From positions 13,764,001-13,828,000 of the forward strand of contig NC_135813.1 of assembly GCF_964213995.1 (NCBI RefSeq): 64,000 nt of DNA. Direction: 5' to 3'. Made by a program: the position numbers and the translations under genes. This DNA is from Mustelus asterias (lineage: Eukaryota). The notes beneath the pieces are model-generated. The model saw only the letters and a program-made list of their open reading frames with translations. It was not told the DNA's origin and did no database searches. Positions 1-13,647 of the stretch are shown here, one piece after another; positions within the stretch are counted from its first letter, which is position 1, and every line of letters starts with the position of its first letter.

Positions 1-1344
1 ATACATGGATGGGATTCCCCTCAAGATCCCACCCACCTGACCTGGTCATATTATGCCAGGACAGGCAGGACCTTGGATGAGATGCCTACCCATGCCCCAA
101 TTAAAGCCCTTAAGTGGCCCCAATATTTAGGCTAGTAAGCGGATGAAAGATCAGATGGGGAAACCTGAAATTGCACGAAATTTGATCTTGGGGGGGGGGT
201 GGTGGTGGGGGAGCCGAGGCTCCATTAGAAGCCCCCTTCTGACTGAGGCCACCCTCGCCTTGAGAACTGGAGACCTCCATCTCCCCCTAACCTATCACCT
301 GACAACCCAATCACCCCCTTGTGACCCCCAAGGCCTCCCATTTCCCCCACTTGACCACTGCCACTTACCTGTCCTCCAGCACTTAGTTCCAGGTAGCTGG
401 CTGCAGAGCCTCTTCTGGCCACTGCAGTGCTGCTCTTGGAAAGACTGGAGAGCAGTCAGCCAATGAGGTTAGCTGGCAGCTCTCCAAGGAGGGATTTCCT
501 CCCAGTGGCCTTCTGCCAGTCAACGCTCTTTAGAGCGTGAAATGATGGGGATGTGTCTTGATCACCTGCCTTCCTGAAAACTCAGACCAATATGTCTGCA
601 AGGACAAAAGGGACACCGACTCCTCTAAACACCTCGAGATTCCAGATCTGGAAAAATACCTCCTTTGTCCAAAACCCAGGACAAGAAGTGGGAGGTATGT
701 CACATGACCTTCCCAAGCTGCTAGAATATTGACATGTGGAACTGAACTCAAGCAGTCTACCAGTTTACCACCTACCAGGTAGCAGCAGGAAGAGCTCTGT
801 CCTGGTAAATTGTCTGGTCTTGATCTACACTATATATTACTGGAAACATCAGAACACCTATTAGACTAATTCATCTCAATGTACCTTCTTCATTGGGAAG
901 TCCTCACTTCTGGAAAGACGAATCACCCTGCAACAGTTTCAGCCTGCTAACCTCTGAAGGAATACACCATTGGACTTTTGATTCTGGACTCACGTAAAAC
1001 CATAACTCTTATTTTTATTGTGGTCTTGCCCTTTAATCCTTTCTTTCCCTTCTCCCTCTTATATTGAATGAGTGCAAAAGGGGCAGTCGTTGTGAATTCC
1101 CTTGCCGCATTTTGTTTTGTGTATAAAATAAGCTAACCCTCTTATTTTACCTTATCTCGAGTTTGCTGTGGGGTTATTAATAGAGTATTTAAGCACTCAA
1201 AACTGAAGGGCTGGGGAAAATATGCCACCATTAATGAAGAGAGAAATCAAAATTCAAAAACACCTTTCTGTTTGTGGACAGATAGTGAGAGAAGAAATCA
1301 GGGCTGTCTAAATTAACACCCTCCTATCCTTAACACCATTCAGG

Positions 1345-2905
1345 TGGTTCTTCAGCTGTTCCTTGTACCTCATGGAATATTAAATATTGCTGAATCTTCT
1401 TTGCCAATTGTTTCTTCAATTCATTCAGAGTGTCATTAAATTCATTTTGTTCCTCTTTGTTATTTTTGAGAGGAACAAACTTTGACCTGAAGGATCTTTA
1501 GCATGTGCAGGTCCTTCAACAGGTTTTTCTTTTCTTTGCAAAGCTCAATTGCTTCATCTTCATTTTTCTTGTGATGAAACAGAATCTTTGCAAGTTTCTT
1601 CTGCTGCTCAAAACACTCTTCATTTCTTCATGCTGCTGAACAGTCATGTACTCCTTTTGCATTTGATCTTGAAGGATTATTAGTTGTTCTTTCAACTATT
1701 TATTTTCTTGTTGATTTCTTGCCAACTCACGCCATGTTTCAGTACATTGTTTTGACGCTACTGGTAGTTTCAAAACAGCTTTTTCTAAAGTAGTATTCAA
1801 CATCTTTTTAGTTCCTCATGTTTATCCATGGACACGTATTGATTTTCCAGTCTTTCCAGAGCAGCAACTTCTTCGAGTACCTTTTTTGCCTGGTGTTGCA
1901 CTTGGCTATAATTCTGGTTGAGTTCTTCCCATTCAGCACTGATACAAACATTTTCCTGCGGAATAGCTTCATTTTCTTTTTGCCAGTTTTGTTTCTTTTG
2001 GATTACCTCAGATAGCTTTTCTTCATTCACAGCCAGCTGCCCATTCCACTCTGCCATCTGCACTTACAGTGTGGGTAATGCATCAGCATTTTCACACTGC
2101 TCTATTTTTAAGTCTTTCGGCTGCTTCTCAACTCCATTTTCCTTCTGCACTAAACTCTTCAGCTCATGCACTTCATTGCACTGACATGATGTGCAATCAT
2201 CTCATAGCTTCCTTAGGTATTGTTTCCCTCAGCCTGGGGTCTCCTGTCTCCCTCACTCGGGGGTCTCCCCATCTTTTCAGTGCTTTACTGAGGTATTCAA
2301 GACTTTATTTTAAGCTATGTGCTCTCCACAGCTTGGGAGTTTACAATATTTGTCAAAGGCTTTTAATATCTTACCAAATGTGGTTAAGGATTCAGCTTCA
2401 TCTTATCGTAGGATAATGTCATCCAAAACTACACCAAACAAATATAGAAACATAATAGTTTGTATTTTTTCTGATTTCTTGCTTAATCCTGATATAATCC
2501 TGTAAACAATAAGTTTTCTTCTCCAAGACTCCCAATTTTGGGTCTGATTTAGCCCTTTCCTTGACCTAAACTTGTCTGATATTTTTAATTTACTATCCAT
2601 GGATAGAGTATGTCTTTAATTTTTTTATCTTCAAAATGGATTATTCTGCGTTTCAGCCTATTTTCTTTTTGGTGAATTTTGCTCCGCCTTTTGGTGATTT
2701 GGCGAGGTCTCTTGACTCTGCCTCTATGTTTCATCAGCTTCCAAGTCTGCAATTGCGATTTTCATTTTAGGCAATCTCCAACTGTGTCTTTGAGTTGTGT
2801 TAGGTGCTCTTTGCTCAGGTCAGGATTCAGTTTCTTTATCTCGTGCTTTGAGATTCTGAGTTCCTTCTCCAGCTTCTCTGAGATTTCAAGGTCCATCCTT
2901 CACGG
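1345..2905 (-). pseudogene. Disrupted UACA/RAI14/ANKRD24-family coiled-coil coding segment
   Basis: Joining frames gives LENQYVSMDKHEELK/MLNTTLEKAVLKL...ENK*LKEQLIILQDQMQKEYMTVQQHEEMKSVLS...SKFVPLK...DTLNELKKQL. This parallels recalled UACA NQYVPVKTHEEVKMTLNDTL...NQIKAEYISLAEHE. It has multiple frameshifts and in-frame stops. Confidence 0.65.
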
Positions 2906-3728
2906 CCACCATATTGTAAGGTTGTTTGGTGCCTCACTAATAGGTCTGGAGATGTGCATGGTTGAACATGAACAGTTCATTGGTAACCCATAACTTATAC
3001 ATAGCCAAGGTACTGCCAAGCATGGGTGCTGTCTCTATGTTGGCTCCTTCCAATCTGTACACAGAGTCTATCATCATGTGACTACATCATACCAAGAGTG
3101 GTACTGTTCACCAATCTCACATTAACACTTGATCTGCCTGAACACCTTTATGTTACATTACCTACCCATTGTATTATCGGGAAGGGGTAAAGGTTGGGGT
3201 GGGTCATAAAATTCATCCCTGCTTCTAAAAATTCCCACCTCACTAATGTCAATGTTTAAGGTTAGATAAGTTGTGAAAAAAAAAGGAAAGTTATAGAGAG
3301 CAGGCACATAGGATTAAGATTAAGACGACTGGTCACTTGAAGAATAAAGACCAACAGGCCTGTTCTAATTTTTAAGTAATTCTTTGCAAAAACCACTTGC
3401 ATTTATGGAACCACTATTACACAGAAAAAAATCCCAAAGTACCTCCCAGAGGCATTAGGAGAAACTTGGAAACAAGTCATACAAGAAGATCTGCTTCAAC
3501 AATGTTTCAAGAATGCCGCTATCTATCCTGCTGTAAGGTTTCTAAGAGATATCTCAATTCTAAAGTAGGTAGAAAAAGATCCAAATCTGTACAGTACTTT
3601 GTGTCAACCTGAAAACTTTCCAAGTGCATTGATACTAATAGCAGGAAGCTGTTAAATTCCTTTAACTTTTATAATTAATCCCCAAATCGTAGCTAGGCCA
3701 TTCAGGGGAGAATTTAGAAAACACTTCT

Positions 3729-6333
3729 GGCAAATATGGGTGGAGCTGAGAAACAGGAAAGGTATGACCACATTAATGGGTTGTATTATAGACCACCTAA
3801 TAGTCAGCGAGAATTGGAGGAGCAAATCCGCAGAGAGATAGCAGACAACTGCAGGAAACATAAAGTTGTGATAGTAGGGGATTTTAATTTTCCACATATA
3901 GATTGGGACTTCCACACTGTTAAAGGTCTAGACGGGTTAGAGTTTGTAAAATGTGTTCAGGAAAATTTTCTAAATCAATATATAAAGGTACCAACTAGAC
4001 AGGATGCAATATTAGATCTCCTATTAGGAAACGAGTTAGGACAAGTGACGGAAGTGTGTGTAGGGGAACACTTTGGTTCCAGTGATCATAACGCCATTAG
4101 TTTCAACTTGATCATGGATAAAGATAGATCTGCTCCTCAGGTTGAGGTTCTAAACTGGAAAAAGGCCAAATTTGAAGAAATGAGAAAGGATCTAAAAAGC
4201 GTGGATTGGGACAGGCTGTTCTCTGGCAAGGATGTGAATGGTAAGTGGGAGGCCTTCAAAGGAGAAATTTTGAGAGTGTAGAGTTTGTATGTTCCTGTCA
4301 GGATTAAAGGCAAAGTGAATAAGAATAAGGAACCTTGGTTCTCAAGGGATATTGGAACTCTGATAAAGAAGAGAGAGAGATGTATGACATGTATAGGCAA
4401 CAGGGAGCAAATGAGATGCTTGAGGAGTATAAAAAGTGCAAGAAACTACTTAAGAAAGAAATCAAGAGGGCTAAAAGAAGACATGAGGTTGCTTTGGCAG
4501 ACAAGGTGAAGGATAATCCTAAGAGCTTCTACAGGTATATTAAGAGCAAAAGGATAGTAAGGGATAAAATTGGTCCTCTTGAAGATCAGAGTGGTCGGCT
4601 ATGTATGGAACCAAAAGAAATGGGGGAGATATTAAATGGGTTTTTTGCATCCGTATTTACTAAGGAAACTGGCATGGAGTCTATGGAAATAAGGCAAACA
4701 AGTAGGGAGGTCATGGAACCTATACAGATTAAAGGAGAGGAGGTGCTTGCTGTCTTGAGGCAAATCAGAGTAGATAAATCCCCAGGATCGGACAGGGTAT
4801 TCCCTCAGACCTTGAAGGAGACTAGTGTTGAAATTGCAGGGGCCCTGGCAGATATATTTAAAATGTCGGTATCCATGGGTGAGGTGCCGGATGATTGGAG
4901 GATAGCTCATGTTGTTCCGTTGTTTAAAAAAGGCTCAAAAAGTAATGCAGGAAACTATAGGCCAGTAAGTTTGACGTCAGAAGTAGGTAAATTATTGGAA
5001 GGAGTACTAAGAGATAAGATCGACAAATATTTGGATAGACAGGGACTTATTAGGGAGAGTCAACATGGCTTTGTGCGTGGTAGGTCATGTTTAACCAATC
5101 TATTAGAGTTTTTCGAGGAGGTTACCAGGAAAGTGGATGAAGGGAAGGCAGTGGATGTTGTCTACCTGGATTTCAGCAAGGCCTTTGACAAGGTCCCGCA
5201 TGGGAGGTTAGTCAGAAAGGTTCAGTCGCTAGGTATACATGGAGAGGTAGTAAATTGGATTAGACATTGGTTCAATGGAAGAAGCCAGAGAGTGGTAGTG
5301 GAGGATTGCTTCTCTGAGTGGAGGCCTGTGACTAGTGGTGTGCCACAGGGATCAGTGCTGGGTCCATTGTTGTTTGTCATCTATATCAATGATCTGGATG
5401 ATAATGTGGTAAGTTGGATCAGCAAGTTTGCTGATGATACAAAGATTGGAGGTGTAGTGGACAGTGAGGAAGGTTTTCAAAGCTTGCAGAGGGATTTGGA
5501 CCAGCTAGAAAAATGGGCTGAAAATGTTTAATGCAGACAAGTGTGAGGTATTGCACTTTGGAAGGACAAACCAAGGTAGAACATACAAGGTAAATGGGAG
5601 GACACTGAAGAGCGCAGTAGAACAGAGGGATCTGGGAATACAGATACATAATTCCCTAAAATTCACAGGTAGATAGGGTTGTAAAGAGTGCTTTTGGCAC
5701 ATTGGCCTTTATAAATCAAAGTATTGAGTATAGGAGTTGGAATGTTATGGTGAGGTTGTATAAGACATTGGTGAGGCCGAATTTAGAGTATTGTGTGCAG
5801 TTTTGGTCACCTAATTACAGGAAGGATATTAATAAGGTTGAAAGAGTGCAGAGAAGGTTTACAAGGATGTTGCCGGGACTTGAGAAACTGAGTTACAGAG
5901 AAAGGTTGAATAGGTTAGGACTTTATTCCCTGGAGCGTAGAAGAATGAGGGGAGATTTGATAGAGGTGTATAAAATTATGATGGGTATAGATAGAGTGAA
6001 TGCAAGCAGGCTTTTTCCACTGAGGCTAGGGGAGAAAATAACTAGAGGACATGGGTTAAGAGTGAGGGGGGAAAAGTTTAAAGGGAATATTAGGGGGGGC
6101 TTCTTCACACAGAGAGTGGTGGGAGTTTGGAATGGCTGCCAGATGAAGTGGTGAATGCGGGCTCACTTTTAACATTTAAGAAAAACTTGGACAGGTACAT
6201 GGATGAGAGGGGTGTGGAGGGATATGGTCCAGGTGCAGGTCAGTGGGAGTTGGCACAAAAATGGTTCGGCACAGGCAAGAAGGACCAAAAGGCCTGTTTC
6301 TGTGCTGTAATGTTCTATGGTTCTATGGTTCTA
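3729..6333 (+). mobile_element. CR1-clade LINE, 5'-truncated ORF2 (APE endonuclease part plus reverse transcriptase)
   Basis: Motifs [63 protein letters not shown], plus a (TTCTATGG)n tail. Few lesions: a stop at 4279 and frameshifts near 3780, 4370, 5525 and 6135. Confidence 0.95.
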
Positions 6334-7029
6334 ATGGTAGAGTCATAGAGGTATACAGCATGGAAGCAGGCCCTTTGGCCCAACTTGTCCATTCTGAAGT
6401 TGTTGGTTGGTAGTTGAAGTTGATTACCTGGGTTTGGCAGGGAGACTGATTCTTGCATTATAACTTTCGTACATTTCTATATCTTCAGGCTGCATATTTT
6501 AAATTTCCATTGATGTGGATGAAGCCTCAATAAGAAACTGAATTTACCAAAGGTACCCTCATTTGCTGTTGAGGTCACTAGTTGTTCTTCACAGGAACAA
6601 GGTGAAAGACTCAGCTAAGGCATTGTGATTACTGGCAGTCACTGCATGTGACATTTTACTATTTACATGAGAAATGCAAGATATTATCTCTATTCCTTAT
6701 AGTGATGTCAATTACTTGGTCACTCTATTGATGTATCTAGTCTTCAGTGTATGGGTAATATAGTGGTTCTGAGAGAAATTTAGCCAAGAGATTGATTTTT
6801 TAAAAAGAACAGCTCATTTATCCCATGAATATTCTTAGATTCCAATAAATGTGCTGGCAGATTAGCTGCTTTGGCAACCTGGGATTAAACTTTCTGGCCT
6901 CAGTTAAGTGGGGACTATGTGGATACAATTATAATCGAGCAAACAGAAACTTTATCATTGTGTATATCCCAGTAGCTTGGTTTCCAGACGTTTAATAAGG
7001 TGATGGGTTTCAATATGTGTTGCACATCT

Positions 7030-9347
7030 GGGGCAGAATTTTTCAATTTTTTAAAAAAGTGTCGTTTTCAGTGAGAAAACCAGAGACAATACCCATGCTG
7101 CCCAAAAGCAGGCTCGGATCCTCAAGGCCCAGACCCCTCAGGGGATGCCCACCAAGGTCATCTGAGGCAACCGGGCATGACAGTCAGCTGGCCGCCTCAT
7201 CGTCAGCTATGGCTCCTGGGGAGATACCTAGACAGGGTGAGGAAGGTTAAAAAAATAGAGTCACAGGATTGGCACGGGTGAACTTAGGCACAAGTAGAAG
7301 TTATTCCCCAATGTTAGTACCATTAAATGTATTAAAAGTCACATTGTGCACCCTTAAAGTGCCTCCATGCTTATTTCATTACTGCATGCTCAGCCAACCC
7401 CGCGCAACGCCGGTGCATCTTCAATCTGCTCCAAGAGAATGTTAGCTCAGTGATTTCTCCCCATCTCCCTCTGTGACAACACAATCATGCTGATGTGATA
7501 CTGTGTAAAAGTTCAGCACGGCTGTAACATTAAGGGCCACAGGCAATGGGTGACCTCCCAGTCCATGTGTCACCAACTCCTGTATCACTGGCACAGGTGT
7601 CCACCATCCCTCAGGACAGATGCAGTCCTCTCCAACATCTGGAGGTATGATGCTGTCCTCCAATGCACACATGACTGGTCGTATCTCCTCCGAAAAACCG
7701 CGATGTGTGGCCCTGCCCCCAGTACCTCAGTGGGCCCTGCCACCCCCTCCTCTGCAGAGTGCTGGTCCTGCCCACCTGCAGCCACACGTTAATGCTGTTG
7801 GTCCACTGCTAGCAATAGCACTGACAGCTTAACATGATCCTCTCAACCCAGAAATGTGAGCATCGAGGAGCCCTGGTAATATCCTGAGTAAGAAGTTTAA
7901 CAACACCAGGTTAAAGTCCAACAGGTTTATTTGGTAGCAAAAGCCACACAAGCTTTCGAGGCTCTGAGCCCCTTCTTAGGTGAGTGGGAATTCTGTTCAC
8001 AAACAGAACTTATAAAGACACAGACTCAATTTACATGAATAATGGTTGGAATGCGAATACTTACAACTAATCCAGTCTTTAAGAAACAAAACAATGGGAG
8101 TGGAGAGAGCATCAAGACAGGCTAAAAAGATGTGTATTGTCTCCAGACAAGACAGCCAGTGAAACTCTGCAGGTCCACGCAACTGTGGGAGTTACAAATA
8201 GTGTGACATAAACCCAATATCCCGGTTGAGGCCGTCCTTGTGTGTGCGGAACTTGGCTATCAGTTTCTGCTCAGCGACTCTGCGCTGTCGTGTGTCGCGA
8301 AGGCCGCCTTGGAGAACGCTTACCCGAATATCAGAGGCCGAATGCCCGTGACCGCTGAAGTGCTCCCCAACAGGAAGAGAACAGTCTTGCCTGGTGATTG
8401 TCGAGCGGTGTTCATTCATCCGTTGTCGCAGCGTCTGCATAGTTTCCCCAATGTACCATGCCTCGGGACATCCTTTCTTGCAGCGTATCAGGTAGACAAC
8501 GTTGGCCGAGTTGCAAGAGTATGTACCGTGTACCTGGTGGATGGTGTTCTCACGTGAGATGATGGCATCTGTGTCGATGATCCGGCACGTCTTGCAGAGG
8601 TTGCTGTGGCAGGGTTGTGTGGTGTCTTGGTCACTGACCCAGAACCCTATCAAGACATGGGACATCCACCCATGCACATTCCCCTATGTGAACGCCTTTC
8701 CAATGAGCTTCACTCCCTTCTCTCTCACACAATGGTCATGTCCCCACACAAATCTCTCCCAACTCCACTTGACAGATGGGCATACACCTTGGATAGTCCT
8801 AGTGGTCCGCTTAACCCCACAAGGGTGAGGACTGAGGGCACATGAATGCATTGACTTGACCTGTGTGCTGAATTCCCAGGGGTTCGAAACGCACCCCCAA
8901 ACTTTGTCATGTTAGGTCTGACTGATGAGCTCTGTTACCTTTGTCTCTTGCATTGGGGACTACATCTGTGTCACCTCTGTCTTATGGAGAGGTGAATGTA
9001 GGCAATGGAGTTCAATGCTTGGGGATTCCTCTCTGCTATACCCTTCAGAGGTGAGGTTGCCAGGTTCGCGTTTTTATAGAGCTATTGTAAGTCATGCCAG
9101 CATGACGTCACGCCGGTGTGGAATGAATATTCAGAGAGGGTGGAAGTCCTGGTGAGATGGCTCACAAATTAGATGCTTATGTATTTAAATGAAGTGGGTG
9201 GGAACCTCATTATGTCACGGGCGAGAGGCGTGGAAAAATCGGGAAACAAGATCTCACCAGTAGGAATCTTGTTTCCCGACTTTCAGGGGATTTTGCACCC
9301 ATGTTGCTGTTTACACTGACAGCTAACGCGGGTTTAAAATACCACCC
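7030..9347 (-). mobile_element. Degenerate PIF/Harbinger DNA transposon, interrupted by a Penelope insertion
   Basis: TIR-like ends GGGCAGAATTTT / AAAATACCACCC. Minus-strand remnants GHPLPVALNVTAVLNFY and RRRY...SYLQM resemble the HARBI1-like transposase N-terminus. Confidence 0.55.
7887..8636 (-). mobile_element. Penelope-like retroelement 3' part (GIY-YIG endonuclease)
   Basis: ORF 8192-8677 contains CNSANVVYLIRCKKGCPEAWYIGETMQTLRQRMNEHRS...HF...EQKLIAKFRT..GLN. The frame is open and is followed by the typical terminal sequence ...TGTTGGACTTTAACCTGGTGTTG. Confidence 0.9.
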
Positions 9348-9519
9348 GTGATGAAGAAAAATAGGATAGGACAAAAGTTTGGGCAGCTCTTGAATTGACT
9401 GAAAAAGGTCTAGATCCATAAGCAGCAAATGAAGGAATGATTTGATAAGAAACAGGGCAGCCGTGAACATACACTTGGAAAAAGATGATCTAATAATAAT
9501 TTTACATTTTAACTTAATA

Positions 9520-9900
9520 GACACTTCACAGCCTTCTGGACCCAACAGTTTCAGATCATAACCACTGTTACCGTTTATTTGGACAATAGTTTACTGTTGT
9601 CATTTACACCTCCTCTAGATTCAGCTTTTTTCTCTACTTATCCCATCATCTCCTTTTGCCTTGTCTCATGATCTCTTCTGCTATTTAAATCCCCCCCTGC
9701 CTTCCACCCTCTCATGTCTCCATTTCCTTGCACTTGTACTCGCTTAAAACCTGTTATGTCTAGAACATTTTCCAGTTCTGATAAAGGGTCACAAACTTGA
9801 GTCAACTCCATTTTTCTCTCCACAGATGCTGCCTGCCTGAGTATTTTCAGCACTTGCTGATTATGTTTCTGATGTCGAACATCCACAGTATTTCACATTT
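9520..9900 (+). mobile_element. Old Penelope-type 3' terminal fragment
   Basis: Contains the recurrent 'ctctccacagatgctgcc...ctgagtatt' motif shared with 25065-25620, 39395-39530 and 52300-52385. Confidence 0.5.
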
Positions 9901-10057
9901 TGTAATAACAACTTGTTTGGAAGTGCACAGTGTCAAACCCAGTCAAAAACTTTGTAAATGTCTAAGAAAATGACAGATGATTCATCACAAGATTCAAGAT
10001 TAGAGCTCTGAGATGTATTGAATGATTACAGTGAACAGCAATGCTAGTAATTGTGGA

Positions 10058-10490
10058 TTAACAAAGAAAATTACAGCACAGGAACAGGCCCTTCAGTCCT
10101 CCAAGCCTGCACCGACCACGCTGTCCGACTGAACTAAAACCCCCTACCCTTCCGGGGACCATATCCCTCTATTCCTATCCTATTCATGTATTTGTCCAGA
10201 TGCCCTTAAAACTCAATAGCTCCACTACCACTACCTCCCCCGGCAGCGAGTTCCAGGCACCTACCACTTTCTGTGTAAAAAACTTGCCTCGTACATCTCC
10301 TTTAAACCTTGCCCCTCGCACCTTAAATCTATGCCTCCTAGTAATTGACACTTCCACCCTGGGAAAAAGCTTCTGACCATCCACTCTGTCCATGCCCCTC
10401 ATAATCTTGTAGACTTCTATCAGGTCGCCCCTCAACCTCCGTCGTTCCAGTGATAACAAACCAAGTTTCTCCAACCTCTTCTCATAGGCC
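10058..10490 (-). mobile_element. CR1 LINE 3' fragment
   Basis: ORF 10184-10492 reads YEKRLEKLGLLSLERRRLRGDLIEVYKI...FFTQKVVGAWNSLP, followed by a CR1 3' UTR. Confidence 0.9.
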
Positions 10491-10499
10491 AAAACTTGC

Positions 10500-11645
10500 T
10501 AGGAACATAGGAACAGAAATAGATCATTTAGCCTCTCAAGCCTGTTCTGCCATTCAACAAGACAATGGCTGACCTATGACCTAACTCCATATATCCGCCT
10601 TTGTCCATAAGCCTTTGACATCTTTGGCTAATGATAATCTATTTTAGTTTTAAAACTAACACTTGATCTAGCATCAGTTGCTATTTGCAAAAAAAAGTTT
10701 CAAACTTTTGCCATCCTTTGCACAAGAACATAAGAAATAGGAATAAGAGTAGACCATTGGCCATTTGAGCCCATTCAATAAAATCATGGCTGATCTGATC
10801 ATGGCCTTAACTACCTGCCTATCCCCAAGCCCCTGACTCCCCTATAGATCGGGATGTTTGAGTGAAGAAGTGAATCCTAATTTCACTCTTGAAAGGTCCG
10901 GCTGCAATATGGCTCCTAATCCTACACCCCAATTAGTGTGAATAGTTTATTCCAATTTATCCTATCTGTTCCCCTTAATACCTTGAAAACGTTGATTGAC
11001 TTACCCCTTAACCTTCAAACTCTCCTTGTAATTTAACTCTTGGAGTCTAAGTATCATTCTGGTAAATCTATTTTGCATTCCCTCTGAGGCCAACATATCC
11101 CTCCAGGAACTGCTCCCAGTACTCCAGGTATGCTCTGATCTGGGCTTTGTGCAGCTGAAGCCTTATATCTACTCCCGTATGTTCTATCCCTCCCTCCAGA
11201 TATAAAAGCCAGCATTTCATTAGTCTTTTTGCATATTTTCTGCACCTGTTCATGGCATTTTAATTTCAATCTGCGTGTCTGAACCCACAAAACCTATGGA
11301 TATTCACTGTTTTTAGCTTCTTACCATTTAGAAAGTAGTCTGTTCTGGTCTTTTTAGGTCCAAGAACCTCACATATGTCTTACATTGAAATCCATTTGCC
11401 ACAGTTTTGCTAATTCACTTAGTCCATCAATATTTCTTTGTAACTTTGTGCTTTCATCTACACTGCTTTATGAATGAATCCTGCCTATCTTTGTATCACT
11501 GACAAACTTGGACAGGTGACTTTCTATCATATCATCTAAGTCATTGATGAAATGTAGTGAATCTTTGCAGCAGAATACTTGTCACAGCTGTCTCCTCCTG
11601 CTCAGCCAATTTTCTATCCAGGTCAATAATCTGCCTTCAATCCAA
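10500..11645 (-). mobile_element. Older degenerate CR1-type LINE fragments
   Basis: Two CR1-type tails (aggaacataggaac at ~10501; aagaacataagaaatagg at ~10725) and degenerate RT C-terminal remnants (KFVSDTKI, WQMDFNV, MLAFI). Confidence 0.65.
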
Positions 11646-11669
11646 CTTTAGTAAACAGTTTCTTCTGAG

Positions 11670-11840
11670 GTACAAAAACAGGAACAGAAAATGCTGGAAA
11701 AATCTCAGCAAGTCTGACAGCATCTGTGGAGAGAGAACAGAGCTAACATTTCAAGTCTGGATGAACCTTGAAGGGTTCTGCTGAAATTTTCCAACATTGT
11801 GTGTTTTTGCTTTACAGCATCCGCAGTAATTTGCTTGTAT
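11670..11840. mobile_element. Penelope terminal fragments in inverted arrangement
   Basis: AAACAGAAAATGCTGGAAAAATCTCAGCAAGTCTGACAGCATCTGTGGAGAGA followed by a partial reverse complement (CTGCTGAAATTTTCCAACATT). Confidence 0.55.
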
Positions 11841-12467
11841 CCCTTCTACTGTACCTTATTTAGGTGATGGATTATTTGAAAATTAACAGTAACTTCCAGA
11901 ACTAGAGAATAACCAATATAGGACCAATCAATCAGCTGATAGATAGAAGGGGACATTGGATCTTTCTTAGGGAATAAGAAAAAAAAATCAAATGAGAGAA
12001 GGACTTGGAGCAAAGAGATTGAATAGGTGTCAATTGACAGAGATACGTTTGAGCACACTTTGGAAGGATGATGTAAAGAATACCATTAGGACTGGACGTC
12101 TTATTGGATTTCAAAGAACTAAAAATCTGATAGACCAGGCAGAGATAAAGTTAGTATTGCATATAACGGTTGAATAGAATGGAACCATATAGAGGCTCTT
12201 TTCCAATTTCATCAAGGTCTGTGTTTTCAGGAAAAAAGTAAGATGAAAATATTAGCTTTCTATTTAGATATTAGGGCGTTCTGTGAGAAGTAGGTGTGAG
12301 GCAATGGACAAAAGAGCCCAGCGTGGGGAGATAAATAGTGTATAGAAATTAGGATTGATTGAATATGAATAGATTTATTAACCATAGCAAACAAATGGCA
12401 TTGGTCCCACACAAATAGAAGAGTGGCAGTGAAGCCATTGTTGATGGTGGTTTCAGCAAGAGGTAAT

Positions 12468-13038
12468 AGAACATAGAACATAGAACAGTACAGCACAGAA
12501 CAGGCCCTTCGGCTCACGATGTTGTGCCGAGCTTTATCTGAAACCAAGATCAAGCTATCCCACTCCCTATCATCCTGGTGTGCTCCATGTGCCTATCCAA
12601 TAACCGCTTAAATGTTCCTAAAGTGTCTGACTCCACTATCACTGCAGGCAGTCCATTCCACACCCCAACCACTCTCTGCGTAAAGAACCTACCTCTGATA
12701 TCCTTCCTGTATCTCCCACCACGAACCCTATAGTTATGCCCCCTTGTAATAGCTCCATCCACCCGAGGAAATAGTCTTTGAACATTCACTCTATCTATCC
12801 CCTTCATCATTTTATAAACCTCTATTAAGTCTCCCCTCAGCCTCCTCCGCTCCAGAGAGAACAGCCCTAGCTCCCTCAACCTTTCCTCATAAGACCTACC
12901 CTCCAAACCAGGCAGCATCCTGGTAAATCTCCTCTGCACTCTTTCCAGCGCTTCCACATCCTTCCTATAGTGAGGTGACCAGAACTGCACACAATACTCC
13001 AAATGTGGTCTCACCAAGGTCCTGTACAGTTGCAGCAT
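12468..13038 (-). mobile_element. Young CR1 LINE 3' fragment
   Basis: Open ORF 12550-13038 (LVRPHLEYCVQFWSP...SLERRRLRGDLIEVYK) with a (TTCTATG)n tail. Nearly identical to 34996-35310. Confidence 0.93.
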
Positions 13039-13041
13039 AAT

Positions 13042-13167
13042 GGGCGGAATTTTCCCGTCCTGCCCACCACGGGAATCGTAGCGAGTGGGGGTGGATCATG
13101 CAAAGGTCCATCAACCTCGGGTAGGATTTTCCAGTCTTGAGGCAAGAGTGGCTGGAAAATCCCACCC
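13042..13167. mobile_element. Harbinger-type MITE with 3-bp TSD (AAT)
   Basis: aat|GGGCGGAATTTTCC...GGAAAATCCCACCC|aat. Related copies at 23187, 23524, 27525 and 29311. Confidence 0.75.
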
Positions 13168-13647
13168 AATAAGTTAGTACTTTTAATTTTATTTAATGAA
13201 AGATTGAAAAGTTGGAAGAATAATAACAGATCATTTCATATCGTGAGAGAGAAATTGTTTCAGGGACAAAATTGAAATCATGTGATTGGAAGGAGCTACC
13301 AATCTTAAGAGGGCCAATATTTACTTGGCTGCATTTGTGGCATTCTGGTCAGTGAAAGTTCACAGAGGAATCTGAACAAATAATCTATGTGTCCTTTAGA
13401 AGAGATGTTATTTGCATTAAGATGCTGTGCAGAATCTTCCAAACTCCAGAGCAATGAAATCTGAAGTTAAGTTGCTGTTGTGCGTCAGACCCTGCAGAAG
13501 TCCCAGTTTGTTTAAACTTCCAAAGGGCTCGATTACACTACCTGGACACAACACAGTCTGAAAGTCTCGAACATTAACTTCAGCGTCAGAGACATGGGAC
13601 AGATATGATGGGTGTACCTGAACACTTACCCTGGAAAGGCAATGTTT

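Noticed and set aside
540-1335. Solo LTR candidates (also 2914-3127, ~55900-56525 and ~61155-61530)
   Set aside because: They have LTR-like composition and TG...CA-like ends, but no TSD, PBS or second copy could be confirmed.
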